IMG/VR virus record: IMGVR_UViG_3300020171_000003
Coordinates: 1 to 64,000 of that record
Length of the DNA: 64,000 nt
Direction: 5' to 3' (one strand)
Source: a virus
Part shown: positions 50,921 to 61,357 of the stretch, in pieces
Layout of the letters: each line of letters opens with the position of its first letter
Position numbering within the stretch: position 1 is the first letter of the stretch
Made by a program: the position numbers and the translations under genes
The notes under the pieces: model-generated
Databases searched by the model: none
Told to the model about the DNA's origin: nothing
Seen by the model: only the letters and a program-made list of their open reading frames with translations

Positions 50921-52162
50921 ATGCCTAGAGGTGCAAGTGATATACCTGATCTAAGATTGTCGAGGATTAATAAACTTATCCAAAAGTTTATGACACCCCC
51001 TTCAATGCTTTTTTCTAATTTGTTTGGTACGGATAATGCTGATTCTGATACGATTAAATGGGAAAGTCAAATAGGAAATAGAGGTGTTACTCCTATGAAG
51101 GCTCCTGGTTCTCCTTCACAAGTTACCGCTCCGGTTGGTGTTTCTCAGAATGAAGCGGTTGCTGCTTTTTGGGGAGAAAAAGAGTATCATGACGAGGAAT
51201 TTTTGAATAACCTTAGAGAGGAAGGAACTGCTTCTACTTATCTTTCCGCCAAAAGACGTATTGCAAGAGAGTTTAGAAGTATGCGTAATAGGTGTGATAG
51301 GCGTCTTGAACTTTTGTTTGCTCAGATGCTTATTAATGGTGAAATTACTTATAGCGATAAAGGCGGGGTAAAACTATCTATTGATTATGCAATTCCTTCT
51401 GAAAATCAAGTTACTTTGGGTGCTAATTACTATTGGACAAACGGGACTCAACGGAATATTGTTGGGGATATTATGGATGCTAAAATCGTAGTGTCTGACT
51501 CTTGTACTGGTATTATTGATCACATGGTGATTAATAGCAATACGCTTAAAGTGATGGCAATGGATTCTTCTATTCAGACTTTGCTTTCTAAATCTAATTT
51601 TGGGAACGGTGATCTTTTCGGAAAATCAGCCGGAGGTATTATTGGAGTTCGTCCTAGGGTTCTTGGCGAATTGCTTGGTATTCCTAATATTGTTGTTTAT
51701 GATGAGAAGTATGTTATTGAGCAGACTTTGACAGCCGCGGTTGCTGCGGGTGGGACAACGGTTTATGTTGGTAATGCCGCTGATTTTACCACTGGTACTG
51801 CTGTTCTTCATGATATTTCTGCTGGTACTTCTGAATCAGTTACAGTTTCAGCGGTTAGTACAGAAGCAGGTACTCTTACTATTGGAGCAACCACTGCTGC
51901 GTTTAGGGCTGGAGAAGATAAGATTACGCAAACCCTACCGTTTATGCCTAATAACAAAACTCTGTTGATGGCTTCTACAGTAGAAGGTTCTAAGATTGCG
52001 GAATTTATTCAAGCTCCCTACGGGTTAAATAGAGCATATGGTCTTTTTGCTGATACAAAAGAAAACTGGGATCCTGATGGAATCTGGCTGCGTGTGCAGA
52101 ATAAAGGTCTTCCCGTCTTGTATCATCGGGATGCTATTTATTCATTAACATTTGCAGCCTAA
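50921..52162 (+). CDS. Major capsid protein (lambda E-like)
   Basis: RRLELLFAQML..G.I, IDYAIP, DPDG.W.....GLPV. Confidence 0.85.
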   Translation: MPRGASDIPDLRLSRINKLIQKFMTPPSMLFSNLFGTDNADSDTIKWESQIGNRGVTPMKAPGSPSQVTAPVGVSQNEAVAAFWGEKEYHDEEFLNNLREEGTASTYLSAKRRIAREFRSMRNRCDRRLELLFAQMLINGEITYSDKGGVKLSIDYAIPSENQVTLGANYYWTNGTQRNIVGDIMDAKIVVSDSCTGIIDHMVINSNTLKVMAMDSSIQTLLSKSNFGNGDLFGKSAGGIIGVRPRVLGELLGIPNIVVYDEKYVIEQTLTAAVAAGGTTVYVGNAADFTTGTAVLHDISAGTSESVTVSAVSTEAGTLTIGATTAAFRAGEDKITQTLPFMPNNKTLLMASTVEGSKIAEFIQAPYGLNRAYGLFADTKENWDPDGIWLRVQNKGLPVLYHRDAIYSLTFAA

Positions 52163-52177
52163 AAAGGAGGTGGATAG

Positions 52178-52651
52178 ATGAATAGACCAAATCCTTCAGT
52201 GGCTTTTGTGGAAGATGTTTCTTTATACAATGAACCTCCCTTGATGGCTGTTGTCTCAGGGGAGCTTCTTGTATCGAGAATGAATCATGTTTTAGGAACC
52301 GCACATTTTCCTGGTAGGGTTAGAAATATTTGGTTGTCTGTTGGTAATTGTGGAACAGACAAAACAGATGCTTTGAATATAAGCGGGGAAGTTTATATTA
52401 ATGGATCAAGTTGTTTGACAACTACTCCAAAAATTGCAGGTGTATCAGGAGAAGCAGGAGCACAAAAAACTACTAAAGTTATCGGTGATACTGCTATTGT
52501 CCAAGCGGTTGTGAACGCTTCTGCTAATTCATACAATGCAGGTGATATTTTTACTTGTAATTTCAAAATTCAGAGAACTACTCCGGAAGACGAAATTGAA
52601 TCAATTGTTCTTGTGGTTGATCTTTTTCCGAACACACCGGTATCAGTTTAA
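52178..52651 (+). CDS. Probable virion/head accessory protein
   Basis: Beta-rich, strong RBS, follows the capsid gene. Confidence 0.5.
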   Translation: MNRPNPSVAFVEDVSLYNEPPLMAVVSGELLVSRMNHVLGTAHFPGRVRNIWLSVGNCGTDKTDALNISGEVYINGSSCLTTTPKIAGVSGEAGAQKTTKVIGDTAIVQAVVNASANSYNAGDIFTCNFKIQRTTPEDEIESIVLVVDLFPNTPVSV

Positions 52652-53136
52652 AAGGAGGGCAATCGTGATTATCGAAAAGCTTAAATTACATGGAACACTT
52701 AAATGCGGGGATACTGTTTTTCATCCAGGTGAATACAGTATCCCTAATATTCCTAAAGAGCTTGTTTTAGAAGCCCGGATGGGAGCAAAAATTATAACGA
52801 TTCTTGCTCCCATTATAGGGACAATTGATTTTACAAAACAAGCAGAAGAACGAAAGAAAGAAGCGGATGATTTTAGTGCCTCTTGGAAAGCTATGGAACC
52901 AGATGCTTTTAAATCTTTTGTTTCTCAAGTAGAAAATAGAACAATTTTAGTAGCGCATGGACAGTATGATAAAGTCCTTGCAAAATGGTTTAGATACTTT
53001 CCTACTGATCCTTTTCCTGGAACAGAAAAGAAAGAAGAACCGTCTGCACCTGCCGCAGAAAGTGAGAAGGCAGGAAAAGCGAAAACAAAAATTGAGAAAA
53101 AACCTAAATCTAGATTAGTAAAGAGAAAGGTATAAA

Positions 53137-53586
53137 ATGGATGATTCTGCATTAAAAGTACTTTTATATTCAGAAATGAAAGGTTTATCGGATAGATTTA
53201 TTGATTCTGATTATGATAATGCTATTGATGATGCAGAGCGTGAAACTTGGAGTTTGCCTGTAACCACTAATTTTAGAATTTTTTGGTTAAAACGTCGAGC
53301 GAAACGCCATTTACTTTCATATCTTCAAAATGAGTATATTGATAAGATACAGCACGGGGAAACTAAATTTCAACAAAGATTTGACCATCTTGTTGCTGTT
53401 TTAAAAAGTGAGGATGATGCGTTTACCGCTGTTCAAGATGAAAGACCTGATGAGTTTGCTAATGTATCAGCTACTCATTTATTTGGTACATATATAAAAA
53501 CAGGTTTTCAATATGATTCTGTGGGAAACGATTTGACTTATGAAGAAAGCAACGAACCGGAGTTTTCTCCTTCTGATGAGGACTAA
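53137..53586 (+). CDS. Probable head-tail adaptor
   Basis: Helical 149 aa; position. Confidence 0.45.
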   Translation: MDDSALKVLLYSEMKGLSDRFIDSDYDNAIDDAERETWSLPVTTNFRIFWLKRRAKRHLLSYLQNEYIDKIQHGETKFQQRFDHLVAVLKSEDDAFTAVQDERPDEFANVSATHLFGTYIKTGFQYDSVGNDLTYEESNEPEFSPSDED

Positions 53587-53590
53587 TTAA

Positions 53591-54208
53591 TTGTCCATTG
53601 CTTTAGACATAAAAGGTATTTTAAATGAGACCGGATACTCTTTGTCTATTATTAGAGATAAAGAAATCTCCGGAGAAAAGGGTGAATTTAAATCCAATTC
53701 TCAGATTACAAAACCTTTTGTAAGACAGCATTTTTTAGAAGGTGTTTTACCTTATGATACAAAGATTATTCCTGGTGATGTTGTTAAAACAGTAGTAAAT
53801 TCTGAATTTTTTCTTGCAATGAATGTTACGGATGTAGTTTTAGAAAATACCTGTATAAAGAAAGAAACTGTTTTTTATAGATGCAATGTGAGCGGTGAAG
53901 TTTTGCGAGTTAGCGGGGAAGAAAGAAACTTGCAGACATACGCTTTACAGCCCATATATCAATCAATAAGCAATTTATGTTATGCTGTGATTGCAGATAC
54001 AGACGCAGGTACAGATATTTTGCAAGAAGAAAGAATTGGACAGATAGAAACGAATAAATTGTTTTTATTTATTCCGCATTCTGTAGGAATACGTCCTTTA
54101 GATATTTATATTCCTTATTCAGGAGAGTATTATAAAGTTGAGTCTGTTGAAAAGTTTCGTTTTCCGGCTGTAGATTATTGTATTTTATCTGAAAATACCA
54201 TAGACTAA
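53591..54208 (+). CDS. Probable head-closure protein
   Basis: Beta-rich; IRPLD.....YYKVESV; position. Confidence 0.5.
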   Translation: MSIALDIKGILNETGYSLSIIRDKEISGEKGEFKSNSQITKPFVRQHFLEGVLPYDTKIIPGDVVKTVVNSEFFLAMNVTDVVLENTCIKKETVFYRCNVSGEVLRVSGEERNLQTYALQPIYQSISNLCYAVIADTDAGTDILQEERIGQIETNKLFLFIPHSVGIRPLDIYIPYSGEYYKVESVEKFRFPAVDYCILSENTID

Positions 54209-54233
54209 ACTATTTAATCAACTGAGGTTGAAA

Positions 54234-56294
54234 ATGAAAAAAAAGATATTATTTGTAGGTGAAGCACCTTACGCATTTACTGGTAATTCTAATATGATGA
54301 ATGCTTTACTTTCATCTGTTGATACTGATAAATACGAGGTGTGTTGTTTTGGTTCAGGTGAGTCTCAAATAAAAGGAGATTCTATATTTCATTCTATGCC
54401 TTTTACTATTATCCCTTCTTTCAAACACGGTGATTTTTGGGGTAATGTCCATTTGTTAGAAGTTATTAATTCAAGTTCTTTTGATGTATTATTTATGGTA
54501 GGAATAGATTTGTGGAGATATGCTTCTATTTTTCCTGAAATAGTGAAATTAAGACAAGTTAAAAAATTTAAATGGGTATTTCTTTTTCCTTACGATTTTG
54601 AAAATTACAGACGAGAATGGGCAGGTTGGATTAATGCAATAGATATTCCGTTAGTTTATTCCCAGTATGGAGAAGATCTTTTAAAAGAATATCATCCTAA
54701 TATTACTTACTTTAGACCACCTTTGTTTGGCTCAGAGATTTTTACTTCTTTCCCTGTTGAGCAAAAGAAGATGGAAAAAAGTAAAATATTTTCTCAAGTA
54801 GCAAACAAGTTTATTTTTGGTTTTATTGGTCAGAATCAATTACGAAAAGATCCTTTAAGAGTTTTAGAAGCTTTCTCTTTGTTCCATAAAAAGAATCCAA
54901 ATACTGCTTTATATCTTCATACAGAAAATCAAGGTCCAAAAGGGGTTTATAATATAAATCAAGCTGTGTTTGATCTTGATTTTCCTCCACATACAATTTT
55001 ACTTAAAAAAGAAGGTCAAATTTACAGTCAATTGGATATGATCCGAATTTATAATGCAATTGATTGTTTAGTGAATGCTTCTTTTCAAGAAGGTTTATCT
55101 TGGACAGTTTTAGAAGCAATGTTATCAGGATGTCCTGTTATTGCTTCGGATACAACCGCTCATCCTGAGTTATTATGGGATGCAGGCATTCTTGTTAAAA
55201 GAACGGATCGAGTTCTTTTACCAATAGGAGGTATTACTGAAGGTGTTGTTTATGCTTCTACTCATGCGTGTAATACTGAAAAATTAGCGGAAGCAATGGC
55301 TACTATGTATTTAAATGATGAATATAGATTAGAATGTTCTGAACAAGGTTTACTTAGAGGAAAAGAATGGTTAGCAAGTGTTTCTAATGTGAATGATGTT
55401 TTAGATGTTGTTTCTATAGAGAAACCGGTTCAAAGAGTAGAAAGAATAAAAGGTGTTTTATTTGGTCAAAAAGCAAGTGCTGGTGACATTCTAATGACTA
55501 CACAATGTTTGAAAGGACTGAAAGAACTTCATCCGGATTTGCCTTTAAATTACATGACTTCTCAAAAATATATGAATATTTTAGAAGGGAATCCGTATAT
55601 TGAAAATATTTATTCTTGGGATGATTCTTTGCCTGCTCGTTTTGATTTTTATTACAATCCACATGAGCAACGTATTTTACCAGGACATTGGGGTAGAAAC
55701 TCAAATTCCCTATTGTCGGACTTTTATTGGAAAATTTTAAAAGTAGAACCTGGTTCGTTTTTTATTTATCCTCAAGAAATTCCTTCTGAATTTTCAGTTA
55801 AAATTCTTTCAGTAGATAGACCCATTGCTGTTGTTTATTCCGCAGGAGCAGATAGACCTTTTAGAGAATACCAATATTTTGGAATAGTATGCAATGAGAT
55901 TAAAGATAGATATGTTACAATTCAATTAGGAGGACATGATGATTATCCTGCAGGAGCAGAAATTGATCTAAGAGGACAACTAACTTATAGACAAGAAGCT
56001 TGGGTAGTCCAGAGAGCTTCACTTGGTTTAACTGTGGATACTTTTGGAGCACATTTAGTAGGTGCTTTAGGTGTTTCTCAAGTTACTTTACCAGGTTCAA
56101 GTAATAGCAGGGTAGTTCAACCAAAACAAACAGCAGGTGATCTTATTATATTAGATCCTGATTATGTAAAAGTGTGTCCTGGTTTAGGGCCTTGTTCTGC
56201 AAGTGTTAGAGATTGTCCTTTGCCTTGTATTGGTTCTATTTCTCCTAAAAAAATTATAGAGTCAATTGATTTTATAGAAAGGAAGGGTTTATGA
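54234..56294 (+). CDS. Two-domain glycosyltransferase (GT4-like + GT9-like)
   Basis: N: GQNQLRKD, EGLSWTVLEAM..CPVIASD; C: GDILMTT, VDTFGAHLVGALG. Confidence 0.85.
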   Translation: MKKKILFVGEAPYAFTGNSNMMNALLSSVDTDKYEVCCFGSGESQIKGDSIFHSMPFTIIPSFKHGDFWGNVHLLEVINSSSFDVLFMVGIDLWRYASIFPEIVKLRQVKKFKWVFLFPYDFENYRREWAGWINAIDIPLVYSQYGEDLLKEYHPNITYFRPPLFGSEIFTSFPVEQKKMEKSKIFSQVANKFIFGFIGQNQLRKDPLRVLEAFSLFHKKNPNTALYLHTENQGPKGVYNINQAVFDLDFPPHTILLKKEGQIYSQLDMIRIYNAIDCLVNASFQEGLSWTVLEAMLSGCPVIASDTTAHPELLWDAGILVKRTDRVLLPIGGITEGVVYASTHACNTEKLAEAMATMYLNDEYRLECSEQGLLRGKEWLASVSNVNDVLDVVSIEKPVQRVERIKGVLFGQKASAGDILMTTQCLKGLKELHPDLPLNYMTSQKYMNILEGNPYIENIYSWDDSLPARFDFYYNPHEQRILPGHWGRNSNSLLSDFYWKILKVEPGSFFIYPQEIPSEFSVKILSVDRPIAVVYSAGADRPFREYQYFGIVCNEIKDRYVTIQLGGHDDYPAGAEIDLRGQLTYRQEAWVVQRASLGLTVDTFGAHLVGALGVSQVTLPGSSNSRVVQPKQTAGDLIILDPDYVKVCPGLGPCSASVRDCPLPCIGSISPKKIIESIDFIERKGL

Positions 56295-56986
56295 GACCTT
56301 TAGTAATTGCTTCAAATATGTTAATGGAAGCGAACAATGATTTAGAAGGTTGGATTGAGAATATGCAACAAGTTACTGATTTGGGCATTCTTGTTGTGGA
56401 CGGCGGTTCTACTGACGGAACAAAAGAGATTTTAGAGGCTGCTGGAGTTATTGTTATTACAGATAATATAATTCAAAGAGAAGGATACGGACCTGCAAGA
56501 AATCAATTAAGAAAACTTTGTAAAGAGAACTTTCCAGAAGCTCATTGGATGGCTTATTTTGATGCTGATGAAAGAATCAATGAAAAAGACATTCATTTTT
56601 TGAAATGGGTTCAAAACTATTTAAATGAAAGCGTTTCTGATGTTGTTGCTTTTCCAAGAATTGATTGGTTTGATAAAGAGAAAACTAAATCAAATAATGA
56701 TATACGGATAGTTCCGGATTTTCAAGCAAGAATGACAAGATTAAATGCTCCTTTGGAATATATAAGAATTTGTCATGAACAGATTGTAACAACTAAAGGC
56801 ATTTTTTGTAATATAGATGTTTGTCCGCCTATTCATCATTTTCATAGGTCAGCAAGTAAAGATAAGCGTGATTACATTGGTAAGGTCTGTGCTATGCTTC
56901 ATTCTAAAGATCCATATGGACATACTTATCCGAAACACCATAAAGAAGATTATTATTTTGATTTGTATCAGAAAGAAGGTTTATGA
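56291..56986 (+). CDS. GT2-family glycosyltransferase
   Basis: VVDGGSTDGT, ARN, FDADE, HE. Confidence 0.85.
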   Translation: MRPLVIASNMLMEANNDLEGWIENMQQVTDLGILVVDGGSTDGTKEILEAAGVIVITDNIIQREGYGPARNQLRKLCKENFPEAHWMAYFDADERINEKDIHFLKWVQNYLNESVSDVVAFPRIDWFDKEKTKSNNDIRIVPDFQARMTRLNAPLEYIRICHEQIVTTKGIFCNIDVCPPIHHFHRSASKDKRDYIGKVCAMLHSKDPYGHTYPKHHKEDYYFDLYQKEGL

Positions 56987-57615
56987 AGGAAGAAATTTTT
57001 ATTTTTGGAAATTCTATGTGCTGTACTCCTTCTAAGGAATCTTATCTTGATTTACTGAAACAAGATTATGATGTTAACGGTATGTGGATGAGAGGAATGA
57101 CAATTTGGCATGTTAATAAATATCTAAGAAATATTGTTAGAGGAGATAATTCTTGGATAATTATTAATGTAGGAATAGTTGAGGCTGTTACTAGAAAATC
57201 CTATCATGTTTTATACTATTGGTTAAATGAATTACTTTCACATGATGCTGATGAACTGTTTAAAGAAACTATTTTACCATACTTGCAAAATATTTCTTTA
57301 AGTATGGATAAAGAAGATGTTTCTTTTTGGAATATAATTCCATCCGGTTGTTTTTTACGGTTGTTTGAACTTTGTTTAAAAAAATTAGAAAGTTATAGAA
57401 TCATTGTGGTAGGACCTGCTTATCCAAAACCTTTAGAAAATACTTCAAGATTTTCTATTTGTATTAATTATGCTTCTATTCTAAAAAATTTAGAAAAAAT
57501 TTATTTTATTGATACTTGGAACAAGTGTAAAGAGGATTCTATTGATGATGCTCATTTGAATGCAAATGGACATAAAAAGATTTACAATCTCATAAAGGAG
57601 AAAATTAATGGATAA
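56983..57615 (+). CDS. SGNH/GDSL-like hydrolase or acyltransferase
   Basis: IFGNS...INVG...DDAHLNANGH. Confidence 0.65.
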   Translation: MKEEIFIFGNSMCCTPSKESYLDLLKQDYDVNGMWMRGMTIWHVNKYLRNIVRGDNSWIIINVGIVEAVTRKSYHVLYYWLNELLSHDADELFKETILPYLQNISLSMDKEDVSFWNIIPSGCFLRLFELCLKKLESYRIIVVGPAYPKPLENTSRFSICINYASILKNLEKIYFIDTWNKCKEDSIDDAHLNANGHKKIYNLIKEKING

Positions 57616-58558
57616 AAGAAATGTGTTTACCTCTACAGGAATAAAATTATTACAACATCCGGAAGTCATACATTTTTTACAGAGAGGACGATTTATTCCT
57701 GTTTCATTACAAGTTGCCCCTACTTCAAGATGTAATTTGAATTGTTCCTTTTGTTCTAACAGCAAAAGGAGTAAACATGAAGATTTGGATAGAAATGAAT
57801 TGTTTTATTTTATTGATGTTTTACAAAGAACAGGACTTAAAACAGTAGAAATCACTGGTGGCGGTGATCCTACAATGTATCATAGCATTAATGAGTTGAT
57901 AGAGTGTATTTATGAATCTGATCTGGAAGTCGGATTAATTTCAAATGGTATTTTACTTAAAGAGAAAATTAGTCCTAGAAATTTAAATTCATTAACTTGG
58001 TTAAGAGTCTCTTTAAACTCGTTGGAGTATTGTGACGATATTGATTTACCTAAAATTAATGGTACACTGGGATTCAGTTTTGTAATTCATTCTAAAAATA
58101 TAAATAACATATTAAAATATGGTAAAAGAATAAGAAAATTGGTGGATAAGTACCATGCTTCTTATGTCCGCATTGTTCCGGATTGTTTACCTGGAGAAGA
58201 TGAAAAAAGATTGAATGTAATCTGTGAAGCTTTTGTTCGTGAATTTGGGGAACCGTTTTTCTTTCAAGAGAAGATTTTTAGGAAACCAGATAACTGTTGG
58301 TGGGGATATTTAAAACCGTTTCTTCTTCATGATAAGTTTGTTTATCCTTGTAGTTCTGTTGTTCTTAATTCAGGATCTGAAGGAGTATTTCATGAAAAAT
58401 TTAGAGTAGCTACTATGGATGATTTTCTTTTAAATTATAGACAAGGTTTTAAAGTAAATTCTTTTCCTACAGCTAATTGTGATAGGTGTGTTTTTGCAAA
58501 TCAGAATGATATGGTAGATTCAATTTTGAATCCTAATAAAATGAGGAATTTTTTATAA
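57608..58558 (+). CDS. Radical SAM enzyme with C-terminal Cys (SPASM/twitch-like) domain
   Basis: CNLNCSFC, ITGGGDP, SNG, C...VYPC...CDRC. Confidence 0.88.
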   Translation: MDKRNVFTSTGIKLLQHPEVIHFLQRGRFIPVSLQVAPTSRCNLNCSFCSNSKRSKHEDLDRNELFYFIDVLQRTGLKTVEITGGGDPTMYHSINELIECIYESDLEVGLISNGILLKEKISPRNLNSLTWLRVSLNSLEYCDDIDLPKINGTLGFSFVIHSKNINNILKYGKRIRKLVDKYHASYVRIVPDCLPGEDEKRLNVICEAFVREFGEPFFFQEKIFRKPDNCWWGYLKPFLLHDKFVYPCSSVVLNSGSEGVFHEKFRVATMDDFLLNYRQGFKVNSFPTANCDRCVFANQNDMVDSILNPNKMRNFL

Positions 58559-59088
58559 TGAGAAAATTACAAATAGGTCCAGGAAAAGCTTATTTCCCCG
58601 GATGGGACAATGTGGATATATTTTCAAATGTTCGGGCAGATCTTTATGCCTCTGCTCTTGCTTTACCTTACGAACCTGAAACTTTTGATTTGTTATATAG
58701 TTCACATGTCCTTGAGCATATAAATAGAAACATGACAGTAGCAGCATTGAGTCATTGGCATTCGTTGTTACGCAAAGGAGGGGTGCTTCGTTTAGCGGTT
58801 CCCAGTTTCTCTGCTGTTGTTGAGTACTATAATAAAGAAAAAGATTTGGTTCCTTTACTTGGTCTTCTATTTGGAGGACAAAGGTTTATTTTAGATTCTC
58901 ATTGTTGTGTCTTTGATGAAATGTTTTTAACCAAGTTATTAAAACAAGTAGGATTTACTGAAATAAGAAAATGGGATTGGAGAAAGACGGAACATGCTCA
59001 ATTTGATGATTATTCCCAAGCGTATCTTCCCCATATGGATAAAGAAGAAGGTCTTCTAATGTCTTTGAATATGGAGGCCGTAAAATGA
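58558..59088 (+). CDS. Class I SAM methyltransferase
   Basis: LQIGPG...VDI...SHVLEH...L.KGG.LRLAVP. Confidence 0.85.
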   Translation: MRKLQIGPGKAYFPGWDNVDIFSNVRADLYASALALPYEPETFDLLYSSHVLEHINRNMTVAALSHWHSLLRKGGVLRLAVPSFSAVVEYYNKEKDLVPLLGLLFGGQRFILDSHCCVFDEMFLTKLLKQVGFTEIRKWDWRKTEHAQFDDYSQAYLPHMDKEEGLLMSLNMEAVK

Positions 59089-60362
59089 AAAATATTTATA
59101 TTTATGATCCAGAACCTTTTCTTCATGATTATGTTTCTCATAAATTTTTAACTCCTTTATTGAAGTATGGTACTACTAAAGGAATGACTATTAAAAAGAT
59201 AAACTCTTTTGATGAAGCGAAAAACGGAATAGTTTTATCTTTCAGTGGACATTTAAAATCAGATGTTATTAAGAAATTAAAAGAGGATAATAACTTTATT
59301 GGTTCTTTTGATATTACAGATAGCACATGGTTAAGTGAAGCTTATAGATGGGATCATGAAGCTTGTTCTTCTTTAGATGCTATTTTTAAATTTAGCGGAA
59401 TTCCAAAGTATCAATATTCACAAGAACTCCAGATAGGTGAAGATTTAACTTATTATAAACATGATTATCCTTACATGGAAGATAAAGAATGGCAGTATTT
59501 TTGTAACTTGAAAGAAAACAATAAAATTATACCTATGCCTCATATTCCGTGGCAGCAATATAATATTGTTCCTATTCACTATTTAAAGAAAAGAGACGTT
59601 CTTGTAAGGGGAGGAAATCATTATTTACGTTTTCATTTGTTTCTTAATTTTTTAAAATTTGGATTAACAAGTAAATGGTCCGGTTTCTTTATGGCTGATT
59701 ATCATAAATCTAAAATGGATGCAGATCATAGATTTTGTGATAATTGTTGTGAAATATGGAACAGAAATAATAATAGATTTCCTTATGAAGAATACTTAAA
59801 TATTCCTATTTATGAGAAATGTAATAATGGTCATATTCCTTGGCCTATTACGGATGAAACCACTTTTCAGAATAAGAACAATCATAGATGGAATAATAAA
59901 TGTATTCCTATTTATTATTGGTTAACAGAAACTTTTGTTAATAAACACGGATATGTGGACATGAAGAAAGTAGAGGATTGTTTCTCTATTTTTTATCTTC
60001 ATCCGGATGATTTAGGGAATGTTTTAGCTCACCATTTATTTACAGCAGATTATAAATGGATTTATAGCATTGATATTCCTCCAAGATTTTGGGAATGTAG
60101 TGCGGCGAAAACAGTAAGCTTAATGCCAAGATGGACAAGAAATCAAACTCATTTTCCAAATTTGATTGAGAATGAGCATTATATTACTTTTGATGAGGCT
60201 TTTGAAGACCTTGAATTAGTAATGGACACAAAACAAGAACAATATGACCATATAACAAATAATTGTTATAATTTATATCAAAAATGGATTAAAGGTGAAG
60301 AATACGGAATATCAATTAATTTGATGAATCATATATTTAATCAGATTGAAGAAAGGATATAA
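59085..60362 (+). CDS. Putative glycosyltransferase (GT-B-like C-terminus)
   Basis: PRFWEC...LIENEHYI...YDHITNN.Y; cluster context. Confidence 0.5.
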   Translation: MKNIYIYDPEPFLHDYVSHKFLTPLLKYGTTKGMTIKKINSFDEAKNGIVLSFSGHLKSDVIKKLKEDNNFIGSFDITDSTWLSEAYRWDHEACSSLDAIFKFSGIPKYQYSQELQIGEDLTYYKHDYPYMEDKEWQYFCNLKENNKIIPMPHIPWQQYNIVPIHYLKKRDVLVRGGNHYLRFHLFLNFLKFGLTSKWSGFFMADYHKSKMDADHRFCDNCCEIWNRNNNRFPYEEYLNIPIYEKCNNGHIPWPITDETTFQNKNNHRWNNKCIPIYYWLTETFVNKHGYVDMKKVEDCFSIFYLHPDDLGNVLAHHLFTADYKWIYSIDIPPRFWECSAAKTVSLMPRWTRNQTHFPNLIENEHYITFDEAFEDLELVMDTKQEQYDHITNNCYNLYQKWIKGEEYGISINLMNHIFNQIEERI

Positions 60363-60962
60363 ATGCATTACGATATTGATTACTTTGAAAACGGATTAGA
60401 AACAGGTAAAAGTTGCTATCAGAATTACCGTTGGTTACCTGAAGAAACTCTTTCCTTAGCTATGCGTTTCATTGATCATTTTAATTTAACTCCTGAGGAT
60501 ACTATCTTGGATTACGGATGTTCCAAAGGATATTTAGTGAAAGCTTTTCGTTTACTTCATAGAAAAGCTTTTGGTTATGATATAAGTCCTTATGCTTTAT
60601 CTTGTGCTCCTCCGGAAGTAAAAGATTTTTGTTTTGATTATCTACCAAGAAGACCTTTTAATTTTTGCATTGCTAAAGATGTTTTTGAACATATTTCTTT
60701 ACCAGATTTGCAAAGACTTTTAACAGGAAATTTAAATACAAATACTCTCTTTGCAATTATTCCTCTTGGTGATAATAAAATTTATAGATCTTCAATAAAT
60801 AATCTTGATCCCTCTCACATTGTCTGTTATAGTGAGGTAGAATGGATGAAATTTTTCGGAAAATGTGGTTGGATTGTGAAAGATTTTACTTTTAGTTTTC
60901 CAGGATTAAAAGAACATCATCCTGAAAGATCACACGGTTTTTTTACTTTGGTGGAAGTATGA
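60363..60962 (+). CDS. Class I SAM methyltransferase
   Basis: ILDYGCSKG...GYDIS...DVFEHI. Confidence 0.88.
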   Translation: MHYDIDYFENGLETGKSCYQNYRWLPEETLSLAMRFIDHFNLTPEDTILDYGCSKGYLVKAFRLLHRKAFGYDISPYALSCAPPEVKDFCFDYLPRRPFNFCIAKDVFEHISLPDLQRLLTGNLNTNTLFAIIPLGDNKIYRSSINNLDPSHIVCYSEVEWMKFFGKCGWIVKDFTFSFPGLKEHHPERSHGFFTLVEV

Positions 60963-61357
60963 ATGAATTTAAATTAGATTTATTTGTTCTTAATTCGGAA
61001 AGAAATCTTAACCAACCTTTTATTTGGGAAGATTTTTCAAAACACCATATATTAGGTGATGTATATTTAGTCAATAATAATTTACAGATAAATAGTACCA
61101 AGAAGTATAGTCCTTACTTCTTTTTGATTTATGATGATGAGATGATAGAAGAACAAGCGACCGTAGCTCTCCGTTCATTTGCTGATGCGGAGTATGATGT
61201 TGTAAAGCTATATAAGAAAGAGAAAGATGATAAAATAAGTATACAACCGAGATTTTTTAAATCAAGTATAGTTTTACCTGAATTTGGGTTATTACCAAAT
61301 AATTGGAAAGAATTAAATATGGAGACTTGTTTAAATGGCTTTCTCTTTACAGTTTGA
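60959..61357 (+). CDS. Short, degenerate GT2-like protein
   Basis: FFLIYDDE...QPRFFK echoes the GT2 DxDE...RLF segment. Confidence 0.4.
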   Translation: MNEFKLDLFVLNSERNLNQPFIWEDFSKHHILGDVYLVNNNLQINSTKKYSPYFFLIYDDEMIEEQATVALRSFADAEYDVVKLYKKEKDDKISIQPRFFKSSIVLPEFGLLPNNWKELNMETCLNGFLFTV

